A DNA stretch of 64,000 nt, taken from positions 87,423-151,422 of the forward strand of contig DLJQ01000025.1 of NCBI GenBank assembly GCA_002484335.1, written 5' to 3'. The position numbers and the translations under genes are program-made. This DNA is from Flavobacteriales bacterium UBA7612 (GTDB lineage: Bacteria; Bacteroidota; Bacteroidia; Flavobacteriales; Weeksellaceae). Positions within the stretch are counted from its first letter, which is position 1; the number at the start of each line of letters is the position of its first letter. This document shows positions 1 through 10,322 of this stretch, in pieces. The notes under the pieces are model-generated. The model searched no databases and was not told the DNA's origin. It saw only the letters and a list, made by a program, of their open reading frames with translations.

Positions 1-245
1 TCATTATAGAATGACCAATTTTTTTTGAAAAAATCCTCAGCTTCTTCAGGATATTCTTCACCTTTATCACCTTTATAATAGTTCAAATCTATTGTTTTAC
101 TATTGTTAGAGAAAATGTAAATATTCTCTTTTACAGGTTCTGGAATTGGTTCTGATTCAGTACTTGTAATTGTCGAATTATCATCACTGCTACATGATGT
201 TAGAATTGTAAATAAGATAAAATAGATAATAGATTTTAATTTCAT
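1..245 (-). CDS. Putative lipoprotein, N-terminal part (runs off the window edge)
   Basis: Translated by hand from ATG at 245: MKLKSIIYFILFTILTSCSSDDNSTIT..., open to base 1. Lipobox-like LTSC followed by SSDD, typical of Bacteroidota lipoproteins. Not in the ORF track. Confidence 0.7.
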   Translation of the reverse strand, partial: MKLKSIIYFILFTILTSCSSDDNSTITSTESEPIPEPVKENIYIFSNNSKTIDLNYYKGDKGEEYPEEAEDFFKKNWSFYN

Positions 246-358
246 ATTGTTGGTTTAATATTTTTTTGATTTGTAAAAATAAAATAATATTATTTTAAAA
301 TGAATACATTTTGCTCGATTCTTGATTATTAACAAAAAAACACTTATAAATATTTAAA

Positions 359-1900
359 TTGTATAAATTAATAAAAATAAAATCAATCATTTCTCTACTT
401 TTATTATCCTATCCATTAATTACTTTATCTCAACAAAAACAAGCGATTAGTAGTGAAATTCAGGAGCTATTAGATAAAGAGAATATTAATTCGCATGATG
501 AATTATTATTAGCTAAAAAGATAATGAGTTTGTCTGTAAATGACTTAGAAAAAACACAAGCTCATTTGAAATTGGGTTTTGCATATATGAAATTTCAAGA
601 ATATGCATTGTCAATTAATCATTTAAAATCTGCAGATTCATTAGCTATTTTGACAAATAATTTTGAAGATAGATTTGCTGCTCAGTTTGTTTTATCTATG
701 GAATATAGGGATATAGGATTAAAGAATGAAGCTGATAAAAGTTTAGATTTAGCGTTAGAATTTTCAAAAAAAGTAAATCAACCATATACCAATTTTATGG
801 TTAACCAGGCTTTTGCTTTAAAGTTTGAAAAAAATAGAAATTATAAAGCTGCAATACCTTATAGGAAATTAATTTCTACATACTTGGATAATGTTTATGA
901 AGATGATAAATCCAAAAGTAATAAAATTAGATTAGCATCTAGTTATAATACACTTGCTTTTGATTTATTTAAGGATAATCAATTAAATAAAGCAACTTAT
1001 TATTTAAATCAATCTTCTACTCTAAATGATAATATAAATGAAGACGAACATTATCTTATTGAATTATATTATATGAATTTAGGGATTTTTTATGTATTAA
1101 AAAATAATTATAAAAATGGTAGATTTTGGTTTGATAAAGCTATGTCTCTTGCAAAACATAGAAAGAATAAACTATTTATTGATAAGATTACAGAAGAAAG
1201 ATTATTTTATAATATTGATGATAAATTAAATCAAAAATACACATTAAAAAACTACATTAATTTTAATAATAATAAACAAAGAGAATTAGAAAAGATTTCT
1301 GAGCAAAACATTCAAAAAAAACAAAATAAAATTACTGAAACATCAAATTATTTACAGTTTTCTATTATAATACTCGTAACTTTTATTATTTGTTTTATAG
1401 TTTTTGTTTATTTTTTTGAGAGAAGAAAAATTGTTATAAAATCAAGGTTTGAAGAAGTTATCTCTACTTTAGAAAAAGAAATTAATAATAGAGAAAAAAC
1501 AAATTTTCGTTCAACTAAAAATACTTTATTAATTCCTAAAAATAAGGAAATAGAGTTGGTTAAGAAATTAGAAGAATTTGAACAAACAGATTTATTTATT
1601 TCAAAAAATTTTTCTTTATCAAGTTTAACATCAATTTTAGAGACGAACACTAAATATACTTCTGCATTGTTACAAAATCATAGGAATAAAAATTTTAATG
1701 AATATATTAATAGTTTAAAAATTAATTATATAGTTAAAAAAATTTATACTAATCCTGAATATGTTAATTATAAAATAGATTATTTAGCTGAACATAGTGG
1801 CTTTTCTTCTCATAGTAGGTTTACTCAAATTTTTAAAAAAGAAATGAATATGTCTCCTTCAGAATTTATAAATAATATGATAAAAAAGAATAAATCTTAA
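359..1900 (+). CDS. Membrane-anchored TPR sensor / AraC-family transcriptional regulator
   Basis: N-terminal signal-like segment, helical TPR-like repeats, one TM helix (FSIIILVTFIICFIVFVYFF) and a C-terminal AraC HTH (LAEHSGFSSHSRFTQIFKKEMNMSPSEF). Confidence 0.85.
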   Translation: MYKLIKIKSIISLLLLSYPLITLSQQKQAISSEIQELLDKENINSHDELLLAKKIMSLSVNDLEKTQAHLKLGFAYMKFQEYALSINHLKSADSLAILTNNFEDRFAAQFVLSMEYRDIGLKNEADKSLDLALEFSKKVNQPYTNFMVNQAFALKFEKNRNYKAAIPYRKLISTYLDNVYEDDKSKSNKIRLASSYNTLAFDLFKDNQLNKATYYLNQSSTLNDNINEDEHYLIELYYMNLGIFYVLKNNYKNGRFWFDKAMSLAKHRKNKLFIDKITEERLFYNIDDKLNQKYTLKNYINFNNNKQRELEKISEQNIQKKQNKITETSNYLQFSIIILVTFIICFIVFVYFFERRKIVIKSRFEEVISTLEKEINNREKTNFRSTKNTLLIPKNKEIELVKKLEEFEQTDLFISKNFSLSSLTSILETNTKYTSALLQNHRNKNFNEYINSLKINYIVKKIYTNPEYVNYKIDYLAEHSGFSSHSRFTQIFKKEMNMSPSEFINNMIKKNKS

Positions 1901-2151
1901 ACATTAGTATTAAAATAGCTGTATTATTTCACTATAATTTAATTATAATATTCTGAAATAATGAAATTTAATTAATTGTTAATCAGTTAATTATTTTATT
2001 TTATTATTATTTTTCTTGAAAAATGACAATACTAAACTTCTTTTTAATTTTTGAAATATAGAGTTTTGTAATAGGATTTTAATCAACCTTTTACTAATGA
2101 TTTAATTTTATTAAACTCATTAAAATAAAAAAATTTAAAAAGACTACTACT

Positions 2152-3690
2152 ATGAATAAACGTATACATTTTTTTATAATTCTACTAAGTGTTTCTTTTA
2201 CATATGCTCAGGTAGGGATTAATACAAATGATCCAAAAGCAACTTTAGATGTAATAGTAGAGACTCAAAATATAAATAAACCTTTTGGAATTATAGCACC
2301 CAGAATAACAGGGGTTCAATTAAATAATTCTAATGATTTATTTGGATCAGATCAGAATGGGACAATTGTTTTTGTTACTTCTTCGGCCGAAACAACAACA
2401 GGTAAATCTAAAAATGTAACAGAAAGAGGTTATTATTATTTTGATTCTGCATTAGATAATGGTTCAGGATCTAATACTGGATTATGGGTAGCGTTAAAAA
2501 ATACTCCAATTAATTATGTTGAACCATGGTATAACGTTTTAGATAAAACACCAGCAACAACTAATACACAAAATATTTATCAAATGGGATCAATTTCTGT
2601 TGGAAAATCTTCTGTCTATGAAAGTACAAATAAAGTAATGTTGGATGTTGTTGGAGCTATACGAACAGGAACAGATAGAAAAGGTTCTGTAGGAGTTAAT
2701 TCTGTAGCTATGGGATCTTCAAACATAGCTTCTGGTATAGAGGCTGTTTCTCTTGGTAGGAATACAGTAGCTTCCGGAGAACAATCTACAGCAATAGGAA
2801 ATTTAAACACAGCATCAGGAAATGGTTCTTTTGCTGGAGGTTATTGGGATAGTGCATCAAATTTAGGATCAACAGCAAGTGCTATATCTTCTTTTGCTTT
2901 TGGAAATGGTGGAGTAGAAGCGAATGGATCACATTCATTTGCATTTGGATATAACTCTAAGACTTCTAGTACTTCAGCTTATAGTTTAGCTTTTGGAAAT
3001 ACTGCTCAAACTTTTTTTAATCATAGTATTGCAATTGGAGTTGGAACTGAAGCTCCAACACGTAGTAGTATTGCATTAGGTAGATATAATAAATATACAA
3101 GTAAAAACATTACAGGGTCAAATACTAATAATACAATTGGAGATCCTATATTTCAAGTTGGACAAGGTTCTGATAATGGAACTAGAGCAAATATTATAAC
3201 TGGATATTATGGAATGAATACTGATGGGTCTTTTCGTAATGGTTGGGTTGTCATTGGAGCTAATCCAAGTAATGCAGAAAGTAAAAGATTAGGTACAGAA
3301 TTATTAACTGTATATGGTGGAATAACTTCTACAAGTAGTATTAATGCAGGAGGTAGCGTTAATCAAAATGTCAGTACATACCCTGATTATGTATTTCAGA
3401 ATTATTATACAGGAGAATCAATTTTAAATAATAATTATAATTTCATTGATTTATATCAGACTGAAAAATTTATTAAAGAAAATAATCATTTACCAGGAGT
3501 AACTCCAATTTCAGAATTAAATAAGACGGCTACTGGATATTCAATAAACGTTGGATTAACAGCAACACAAACATTAGAGAAAGTGGAAGAATTATATATT
3601 CATACTATAGAACAACAAAAACAAATTGATTTATTAATAAAAATGACAGAAACTTTAAAATCTGAAATAAAATCATTAAAAGAAAATTAG
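2152..3690 (+). CDS. Secreted trimeric fibre/adhesin-like protein with YadA-head-like repeats and a C-terminal chaperone-like coiled coil
   Basis: Signal peptide then QVGINTNDPKATLDV; ~14-aa repeats (SVAMGSSNIASGIE / AVSLGRNTVASGEQ / STAIGNLNTASGNG); C-terminal YPDYVF...LPGV...LEKVEELYIHTIEQQKQI. Confidence 0.65.
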   Translation: MNKRIHFFIILLSVSFTYAQVGINTNDPKATLDVIVETQNINKPFGIIAPRITGVQLNNSNDLFGSDQNGTIVFVTSSAETTTGKSKNVTERGYYYFDSALDNGSGSNTGLWVALKNTPINYVEPWYNVLDKTPATTNTQNIYQMGSISVGKSSVYESTNKVMLDVVGAIRTGTDRKGSVGVNSVAMGSSNIASGIEAVSLGRNTVASGEQSTAIGNLNTASGNGSFAGGYWDSASNLGSTASAISSFAFGNGGVEANGSHSFAFGYNSKTSSTSAYSLAFGNTAQTFFNHSIAIGVGTEAPTRSSIALGRYNKYTSKNITGSNTNNTIGDPIFQVGQGSDNGTRANIITGYYGMNTDGSFRNGWVVIGANPSNAESKRLGTELLTVYGGITSTSSINAGGSVNQNVSTYPDYVFQNYYTGESILNNNYNFIDLYQTEKFIKENNHLPGVTPISELNKTATGYSINVGLTATQTLEKVEELYIHTIEQQKQIDLLIKMTETLKSEIKSLKEN

Positions 3691-3839
3691 TACATTTTTT
3701 TCATAAATTTTAGAATTAGGAACTAGAGCTTTATTTAGGGTTTGGTTTTTATATAGTTTTTTTAGGTTTTCCTAATTCTTAAGTTTTAACCTTACTTACC
3801 TACCTATGTATTATTATTTTTTATAATAATATTTTTATT

Positions 3840-3872
3840 GCCTCATTAATAGTACTATTAATGAGGCTTTTT
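3840..3872 (+). terminator. Perfect 28-bp palindrome followed by a T-run (probable intrinsic terminator)
   Basis: GCCTCATTAATAGT|ACTATTAATGAGGC then TTTTT, downstream of the fibre-like gene. Confidence 0.6.
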
Positions 3873-3914
3873 AAAAAATAAAAAACTTATTTTTGTTCTA
3901 TCAGTTTACTAATT

Positions 3915-5225
3915 ATGGAAATTTTAGATAAAAATTTACAGAGCGAATTATATCGATCAACATTTAATTTGATTTCAAAAACAGGTCTTTCTAATTATTT
4001 TACAACAATTATTACTTCTGTTGTTTTAACAGTTGCTTTACTATTAATTTTATATGTTATCGACTTCTTGTTGAGAAAAGTATTATTATTAATCGTTACT
4101 AAATTTATACAAAAAAGTGAAACAAAATTAGATGATTTATTAATAGAGAATAAAGTACTAAGATACTTAATTCACCTTGTTCCTCTTGTTATAGCAAAAG
4201 ATGCAATCCCATTAATTTTTAAAGGATTTCCTAATTGGGTAAATATAGCTTTACAAATGATTAATATTACGCAAGTAATTACTATAGGGTTATTATTTTC
4301 TGCAATTTTTAGGACTTTTAGAGATTTTTTGAGAACAAAAAAATCTTTTGTGGATAAGCCAATTGATAGTTATTTACAAGTAATAAATATACTTGTTTTT
4401 TTTGTTACAGGAATACTCATTTTTTCAATACTTACAGGTCAATCTCCAATAACATTTTTAGTTTCTTTAGGAGCTGCATCTGCAGTTTTAATGTTAGTTT
4501 TTAAAGATACAATTTTAGGTTTTGTTGCTAGTATTCAAGTTTCCATAAATGATATGGTACGTGTTGGCGATTGGATTGAAATGACTAAATATGGAGCTGA
4601 TGGAACAGTAATAGAAATAAATCTTGGAACAGTTAAAGTTCAGAATTTTGATAAAACAATCACTACAATACCTACATATGCTTTGGTTTCAGACTCATTT
4701 AGAAACTATAGAGGTATGCAAAAGGCAGGAGGGCGTAGAATAAAAAGAGCATTGAATATTAAAATGTCTTCTGTTCGATTTCTTACAGAAAATGAAATTG
4801 AAGAATTAAAAAAAATACAAATACTTCGAGAGTATATTGTTGATAAAACGAATGAAATAAAGGATTATAATACAAATAATAATGTGGATCCTACTGTTTT
4901 TGCTAATGGAAGAAGGCTAACAAATGTGGGATTGTATAGACAATATATAAAAGCATATACTTTTAATAGCCCAAAAATTCGTAAAGATATGATGTTCGAG
5001 GTAAGACAACTACAGCCAACAGAACATGGATTACCTTTAGAATTGTTTATGTTTGCAAATACAATTCTGTGGAATGAATATGAGGTGATCATGGCTGATA
5101 TTTTTGACCATATTATTGCTGTAGTTCCTCTGTTTAATTTAGAAATTTTCGAATCTCCTTCTTCAAAAGACGTTCAAGAAATTGCTGAAGCAATAAAAAT
5201 ATCAAAATTAAAAGCGCAAGATTAA
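3915..5225 (+). CDS. Small-conductance mechanosensitive channel (MscS family, YbdG/MscM-like)
   Basis: Several TM helices, then GAASAVLMLVFKDTILGFVASIQ, GDWIEM..YGADG, TVKVQNFDKTITTIP and GGRRIKR motifs. Confidence 0.9.
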   Translation: MEILDKNLQSELYRSTFNLISKTGLSNYFTTIITSVVLTVALLLILYVIDFLLRKVLLLIVTKFIQKSETKLDDLLIENKVLRYLIHLVPLVIAKDAIPLIFKGFPNWVNIALQMINITQVITIGLLFSAIFRTFRDFLRTKKSFVDKPIDSYLQVINILVFFVTGILIFSILTGQSPITFLVSLGAASAVLMLVFKDTILGFVASIQVSINDMVRVGDWIEMTKYGADGTVIEINLGTVKVQNFDKTITTIPTYALVSDSFRNYRGMQKAGGRRIKRALNIKMSSVRFLTENEIEELKKIQILREYIVDKTNEIKDYNTNNNVDPTVFANGRRLTNVGLYRQYIKAYTFNSPKIRKDMMFEVRQLQPTEHGLPLELFMFANTILWNEYEVIMADIFDHIIAVVPLFNLEIFESPSSKDVQEIAEAIKISKLKAQD

Positions 5226-5237
5226 TCTTGCGCTTTT
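5210..5237. terminator. Perfect 28-bp palindrome spanning the overlapping stop codons of two convergent genes
   Basis: AAAAGCGCAAGATT|AATCTTGCGCTTTT with A/T runs on both sides; probable bidirectional terminator. Confidence 0.7.
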
Positions 5238-7441
5238 TTATTATCAATTAAATTAATCATTAATTTTTTTAATTTTTGGTAGGTGAAAGATGTAAGTAAA
5301 ATTAATATTCCTAAAACAATAAAAGATATTATTCTAAAAACATTACTCATCTGCCATACGTCGATAAAATATAGTTTAAGGATAATCAATACAAAAAGAA
5401 TTAGTCCCAATAAAGGAAATGTTTTTAATTGTTTTTTTATTCCAATAAATAAAAAACTAAATCCAATGATAGCCCAACATATTGGTAATAATATTAACCT
5501 AAATATATCCTGTTGATGAGTGTAATTTGTTTCTGATATTTGTGTTGTAGACAACATGAAAAGATTATAAATCTCGAAGCTAATAGTATAAGTTATTACG
5601 ATTGAAAATATAATTTGTAAGCTGTTTGATTCTTTGAATTCATTTTTATGATAAATAATATATAGACTATAAATTGAAGGGATAAGGTACAATATGTAAA
5701 TATAATAATGGATTGAAATAAAGTTAGTTTGTGAATTTTCGTTTATATTATTTGCAATTATTGGTAAAAGAAAAATACATAGCATTGTTATAGATAATAT
5801 TAAGTAGATAATAACTTTATTTAACTTTAATTTTTTGTTACTTATAAATAAAATTGAATTGAAGAATAATGTGTAAATCAATACAAAGCAAATAATTTCT
5901 TGATAATAAAAATATGATTCTATTTGATATATTAACTCAAATAAAATACTATTGTAAATAATAAGAATAGATATTATTGTAAAGATTAATTTAGAGTGAG
6001 TTAATTTTAATCCAAGAAACTTCTCATCCTCTTCAAAATCGTTAATTAATAAGATGTTAAATACAGAACATCCTGAGACAATAGTACTTGTTATAAAAAC
6101 CTTATTTAATAAAATTGGAAGTATATTTTCTGTTTCGATATAAGAAAACCAATTAATACAAAGGGCAATAAATAGGAAAGGAAACATTACAATAAAGAAT
6201 AATTTAAAAATATCTTCTTTTGATTTTTTCCATAAATATAATAGCAACGTAGATTCTAAAGCAAAACATAAAGAAACAATATTTGCCTTGAAACCTAACC
6301 CAATTCCAAAAGTGAATAAAGTTATTGCTAAACCTAATAATGTATTTTGAAGTAGTTTATTTTTTGTAGTGTTTTTGATCCAGAAAAATAATCCTAAATT
6401 GGTAAAAGAAAATAAAAAAGAAATCAAGGCAGGATATTCTTTAATTTCTATTGAATAATTATTTGCAATCAAGCTTGTACAAATCATTGTATTGATAGTT
6501 AACAAAATACAGTTTGACACAGAAAATTCTTTTTTATCAAAATAATTAATCAAACTATTTAGGTTAAAAATGAAATAGTTAATAAAGAAAAATAATAACT
6601 GATTTTTTGAACTTGTATCTTGTGTCCATGCTAAACTATATATAGAAGTAAAAACAAATGCGATAAATGTAATTATTTGCCATTTTTTTCGGAATGACAT
6701 GTATAGCATACTTACATTAAGTAAGACTAAATATGAAAAAAGGAATGTATAATTACTTTCTCCGGAACTAATCATTAGTGGAGCACAAAAACCTCCAATA
6801 ATAGAGAAGATAGCCAAAACTTGTTTGCTGTATAATAATGCTAAAACAATAGAAAATATAGTTACGAATGTGAGTAATATAAAAGTTATGTTTTGAGAGA
6901 AAAGATGATATTCTCTGAAAGAAATAGTTAAAGAAAAATACAAGATAGAAATACCTCCTCCAATTAGAATAGAAGAAAAAACTTCATAATTCTTTCTTAG
7001 TTTATGAGCAACTCCTATTACTCCTAATCCAAAGAATATTCCAATATAGAAACGTAAGTTTTCACTTATCCAATTTTGATCAATCGCATATTTTACGAAA
7101 TAACCAATTCCAAGAACAAGAGTTATAATTCCAGTGATCGTGAGGAAGTTATCTTTCAGAAAATCAACGAATTTATTGATAGATGAATCAATTTTTGAAT
7201 TCTTTTTTTGTAAATTGATAATAGGTTTTACAGCGTTATCAATTCTTTTTTCATAATCGATAATTGGAGATGTATCAATAACTTTATTGTTTGATATAGA
7301 TTCATTATTTTTAGATTCAATATTATTTTGTAAATACTTGATAATTGAATCTTGATTATCAATTCGTCTTTTAAGATCGTTATTTTTCTTAAATAAAATG
7401 ATTAAGAAAATAATAATAATTAGAGTAAAAAAATAATCCAT
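5222..7441 (-). CDS. DUF2339-like polytopic membrane protein
   Basis: GIITLVLGIGYFVKYAIDQNWI near the N-terminus, many TM helices, and C-terminal KLYFIDVW..RIISFIVLGILIL. Confidence 0.8.
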   Translation of the reverse strand: MDYFFTLIIIIFLIILFKKNNDLKRRIDNQDSIIKYLQNNIESKNNESISNNKVIDTSPIIDYEKRIDNAVKPIINLQKKNSKIDSSINKFVDFLKDNFLTITGIITLVLGIGYFVKYAIDQNWISENLRFYIGIFFGLGVIGVAHKLRKNYEVFSSILIGGGISILYFSLTISFREYHLFSQNITFILLTFVTIFSIVLALLYSKQVLAIFSIIGGFCAPLMISSGESNYTFLFSYLVLLNVSMLYMSFRKKWQIITFIAFVFTSIYSLAWTQDTSSKNQLLFFFINYFIFNLNSLINYFDKKEFSVSNCILLTINTMICTSLIANNYSIEIKEYPALISFLFSFTNLGLFFWIKNTTKNKLLQNTLLGLAITLFTFGIGLGFKANIVSLCFALESTLLLYLWKKSKEDIFKLFFIVMFPFLFIALCINWFSYIETENILPILLNKVFITSTIVSGCSVFNILLINDFEEDEKFLGLKLTHSKLIFTIISILIIYNSILFELIYQIESYFYYQEIICFVLIYTLFFNSILFISNKKLKLNKVIIYLILSITMLCIFLLPIIANNINENSQTNFISIHYYIYILYLIPSIYSLYIIYHKNEFKESNSLQIIFSIVITYTISFEIYNLFMLSTTQISETNYTHQQDIFRLILLPICWAIIGFSFLFIGIKKQLKTFPLLGLILFVLIILKLYFIDVWQMSNVFRIISFIVLGILILLTSFTYQKLKKLMINLIDNKKAQD

Positions 7442-7545
7442 ATTTTATTTTTAGGTAAATGGAAGATAAGTATAATTTTTAATTTAAATGATGATATACG
7501 AAAACATTGCTGTTTTCGTTATTAGAAAATATCTATTTTTGCTGA

Positions 7546-8571
7546 ATGTTTAAAAGTATAAGTACATTAATTTTAATTGCGTCTTCAACCTTTGTTTTTG
7601 CGCAAGATGGAACGCGTGTATATGAATTTTTAAATATTACAACTTCAGCTCGTCAGGCAGCATTAGGAGGTAATGCACAAACATCTTGGGATGCAGATCC
7701 GAATTCTTCTTTATGGAATCCGGCATTGATGAATAGAGAAATGCACGGACAATTTGCCTTGAATTATGTAAGCTACATTGCTGATGTTAATTTTGGAACA
7801 TTTTCAACTGTTTATGAAATTGATCAAGAAAATTATTTATCGCTTCATGGACAATATGTAGATTATGGAAAATTAGTAGGAACTGATGAAAGTGGAAATC
7901 TTACTGGTAATTTTAAGGCTAGTGATGCTGCAATTACATTAGGTTATGCCCGAGTAATAGGTGATTATTGGACATTAGGAGCTAACTTAAAATATATAAA
8001 TTCTACTATAGAAACTTATAAATCTTCAGCAATTGCAGCCGACTTGGGATTATCTTATCATGATTTTGATAAAAATATTAATGTTTCATTAGTTGTTCGT
8101 AATATAGGAGGTCAGTTACAAACTTACAACGGGAAGACAGAAAAGATGCCTACACAAATTAATCTTGGTCTTTCACATCGATTAGAACATGTTCCTTTGG
8201 AATTTACATTTTCGTTGCATGATTTGCAAAAATTTGATATCTCTCAACCATATAATAAAAATGGAGAAGAAGTTTCTTTTGGTCGTAAAGTTATAGATCA
8301 TGTTTCTGTTGGAGCAGAGTTGTTTCCTGATTCAGATTTTAATATGCGTTTGGGGTATAATTTTAAAAGAGGTAATGATCTAGCTGTTGATGGTGTTCGT
8401 TCGTTATCTGGTTTAACTTATGGTTTTGGAATGCGTGTAAATGCATTTAGATTTGAGTTTGGCCATGCAAATTATCATAAATCTGGAGGATCAAATCATA
8501 TAGGTTTGATTATAAATTTAGATAGATTAATACAAGGAAGAGATTATTGGAGAAGTAATCCTTGGTTGTAG
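7546..8571 (+). CDS. porQ: Type IX secretion system outer-membrane protein PorQ
   Basis: YEFLNITTSARQAALGG, WNPAL and a beta-barrel pattern; lies next to cmk as is usual in Bacteroidota. Confidence 0.8.
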   Translation: MFKSISTLILIASSTFVFAQDGTRVYEFLNITTSARQAALGGNAQTSWDADPNSSLWNPALMNREMHGQFALNYVSYIADVNFGTFSTVYEIDQENYLSLHGQYVDYGKLVGTDESGNLTGNFKASDAAITLGYARVIGDYWTLGANLKYINSTIETYKSSAIAADLGLSYHDFDKNINVSLVVRNIGGQLQTYNGKTEKMPTQINLGLSHRLEHVPLEFTFSLHDLQKFDISQPYNKNGEEVSFGRKVIDHVSVGAELFPDSDFNMRLGYNFKRGNDLAVDGVRSLSGLTYGFGMRVNAFRFEFGHANYHKSGGSNHIGLIINLDRLIQGRDYWRSNPWL

Positions 8572-8623
8572 ATAATTATCAAACAAACATAAAACATTAT
8601 ATTTGTTATCAATTCGTATTTTA

Positions 8624-9310
8624 ATGAAAGGAGATTTAATTATTGCAATAGATGGTTTTTCATCAACTGGTAAAAGTTCGATGTCAAAAATTATTGCCAA
8701 AAACTTAAATTATACACATATTGATAGTGGAGCAATGTACAGAGCTGTAACTTTGTATGCATTTCAAAAAGGATTTATTAACAATAAAAAGATTGATGTT
8801 AACTCTTTAATTGATCATCTTATTGATATTAAAATATCTTTCAAAAAGAATGATCAAACATTAAAAAATCATACTTATTTAAATGGAATTGATGTAGAAC
8901 AAGAAATTCGTTCTATGGAAATTTCAAATATGGTTAGTCCAATTTCCGAAATTCCAGCCGTTCGTGATTATTGTGTTCATCTACAACAAGAAATGGGTAA
9001 AAATGGAGGAATTGTAATGGATGGTCGCGATATAGGAACAACTGTTTTTCCTAATGCTGATATCAAAATTTTTATAACAGCATCTCCAGAAATTAGAGCA
9101 AAACGACGTTTTTTAGAATATCAGCAACAAGGAAAAAAAATTTCTATGTATGAGGTTCTTAAAAATGTAAAAGAGAGAGATTATATTGATTCTAATAGAG
9201 ATTATTCTCCCTTAAGAAAAGCTGATGATGCTATAGAAGTTGATAATTCAGAATTAAATTTAGATCAGACAGTAGATAAAGTAATGAGCTTGATTAAAGA
9301 ATTAAAATAA
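8624..9310 (+). CDS. cmk: Cytidylate kinase
   Basis: IAIDGFSSTGKS, DSGAMYR and MDGRDIGT motifs. ATG at 8624 preferred over TTG at 8603, which lies inside a TATATTTG promoter element. Confidence 0.95.
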   Translation: MKGDLIIAIDGFSSTGKSSMSKIIAKNLNYTHIDSGAMYRAVTLYAFQKGFINNKKIDVNSLIDHLIDIKISFKKNDQTLKNHTYLNGIDVEQEIRSMEISNMVSPISEIPAVRDYCVHLQQEMGKNGGIVMDGRDIGTTVFPNADIKIFITASPEIRAKRRFLEYQQQGKKISMYEVLKNVKERDYIDSNRDYSPLRKADDAIEVDNSELNLDQTVDKVMSLIKELK

Positions 9311-9337
9311 AAACTTACTAAATACTATATAAACTAG

Positions 9338-10192
9338 ATGAAAAAAATATTAATTACAGGAGCAAACGGTCAATTAGGGCAATCAATTTTAGAACAATCA
9401 ACGAGCTATAAAAATGTAGAATGTTTTTTTGTTACAAGAAATGAACTTGACATTACTAATGAAAGTTTGATTACTCAATATTTTGAAGATAAAGATTTTG
9501 ATTTTGTAGTTAATTGTGCAGCATATACAGCAGTAGATAAGGCTGAAGATTTTGCAGAGGAAGCCTATTTAGTCAATGCTAAAGCAACTGAATATTTAGC
9601 AAAAATCACACATCAGAAAAATATACCATTTATACACATTTCAACAGATTATGTTTTTGACGGTATAGATTCTATTCCACGAAAAGAAAATGATTCTACA
9701 AATCCTATTGGGGTTTATGGTGAAACAAAGTTAGATGGTGAAATTCTTGCAGTAAAAAATAATTCAAAAACAATTATCATAAGAACAGCTTGGGTTTATT
9801 CTCGTTTTGGAAATAATTTTGTAAAAACAATGTTGAAATTATTTAAAGAAAGAGAATCTTTATCTGTTGTTAACGACCAAATTGGTTCGCCAACAAATGC
9901 ATTAGATTTAGCAAAAGCCATATTAGATATTATAGAAAAAGAACACACTGTTTACGGAATTTTTAACTATTCTAATGAAGGAGAATGCTCTTGGTTTGAT
10001 TTTGCAAATAAAATTAAAGAATATTCAAATTCATCAATAGAAATTAATTCTGTTCCTAGTTCTGCTTTTCCAACAAAAGCTAAGCGACCAGCATACAGTT
10101 TATTAGATAAGACTAAAATTAAAGAAACTTATCATATAGATATTCCTAAATGGGAAGTTAGTTTAAAAAAAGAATTAGAATATATTTTATAA
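9338..10192 (+). CDS. rfbD: dTDP-4-dehydrorhamnose reductase
   Basis: GANGQLG, NCAAYTAVDKAE, ISTDYVFDG, YGETK and DQIGSPT motifs. Confidence 0.95.
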   Translation: MKKILITGANGQLGQSILEQSTSYKNVECFFVTRNELDITNESLITQYFEDKDFDFVVNCAAYTAVDKAEDFAEEAYLVNAKATEYLAKITHQKNIPFIHISTDYVFDGIDSIPRKENDSTNPIGVYGETKLDGEILAVKNNSKTIIIRTAWVYSRFGNNFVKTMLKLFKERESLSVVNDQIGSPTNALDLAKAILDIIEKEHTVYGIFNYSNEGECSWFDFANKIKEYSNSSIEINSVPSSAFPTKAKRPAYSLLDKTKIKETYHIDIPKWEVSLKKELEYIL

Positions 10193-10259
10193 AACTTAAT
10201 TAATGAAATTTGTTTAAAATTAATTGTTAACATTATTCATAAAAACGAAGAAATAAAAG

Positions 10260-10315
10260 AGCTATATAAAAATAAAAACTCGGAATATATTCCGAGTTTT
10301 TATTTTTATATAGCT
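10260..10315. repeat. Perfect 56-bp palindrome between convergent rfbD and serS (bidirectional terminator-like)
   Basis: AGCTATATAAAAATAAAAACTCGGAATA|TATTCCGAGTTTTTATTTTTATATAGCT, checked base by base, with no spacer. Confidence 0.9.
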
Positions 10316-10322
10316 GGCCCTA

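Noticed and set aside
2152..3690. Prophage tail fibre gene
   Set aside because: It has a Sec-type signal peptide and no phage genes nearby.
3712..3779. AGAATTAGGAA / TTCCTAATTCT inverted repeat after the fibre-like gene
   Set aside because: Only 11 bp with a long spacer in AT-rich DNA; possibly a 3' UTR stem, but not clearly related to the his-junction arms.
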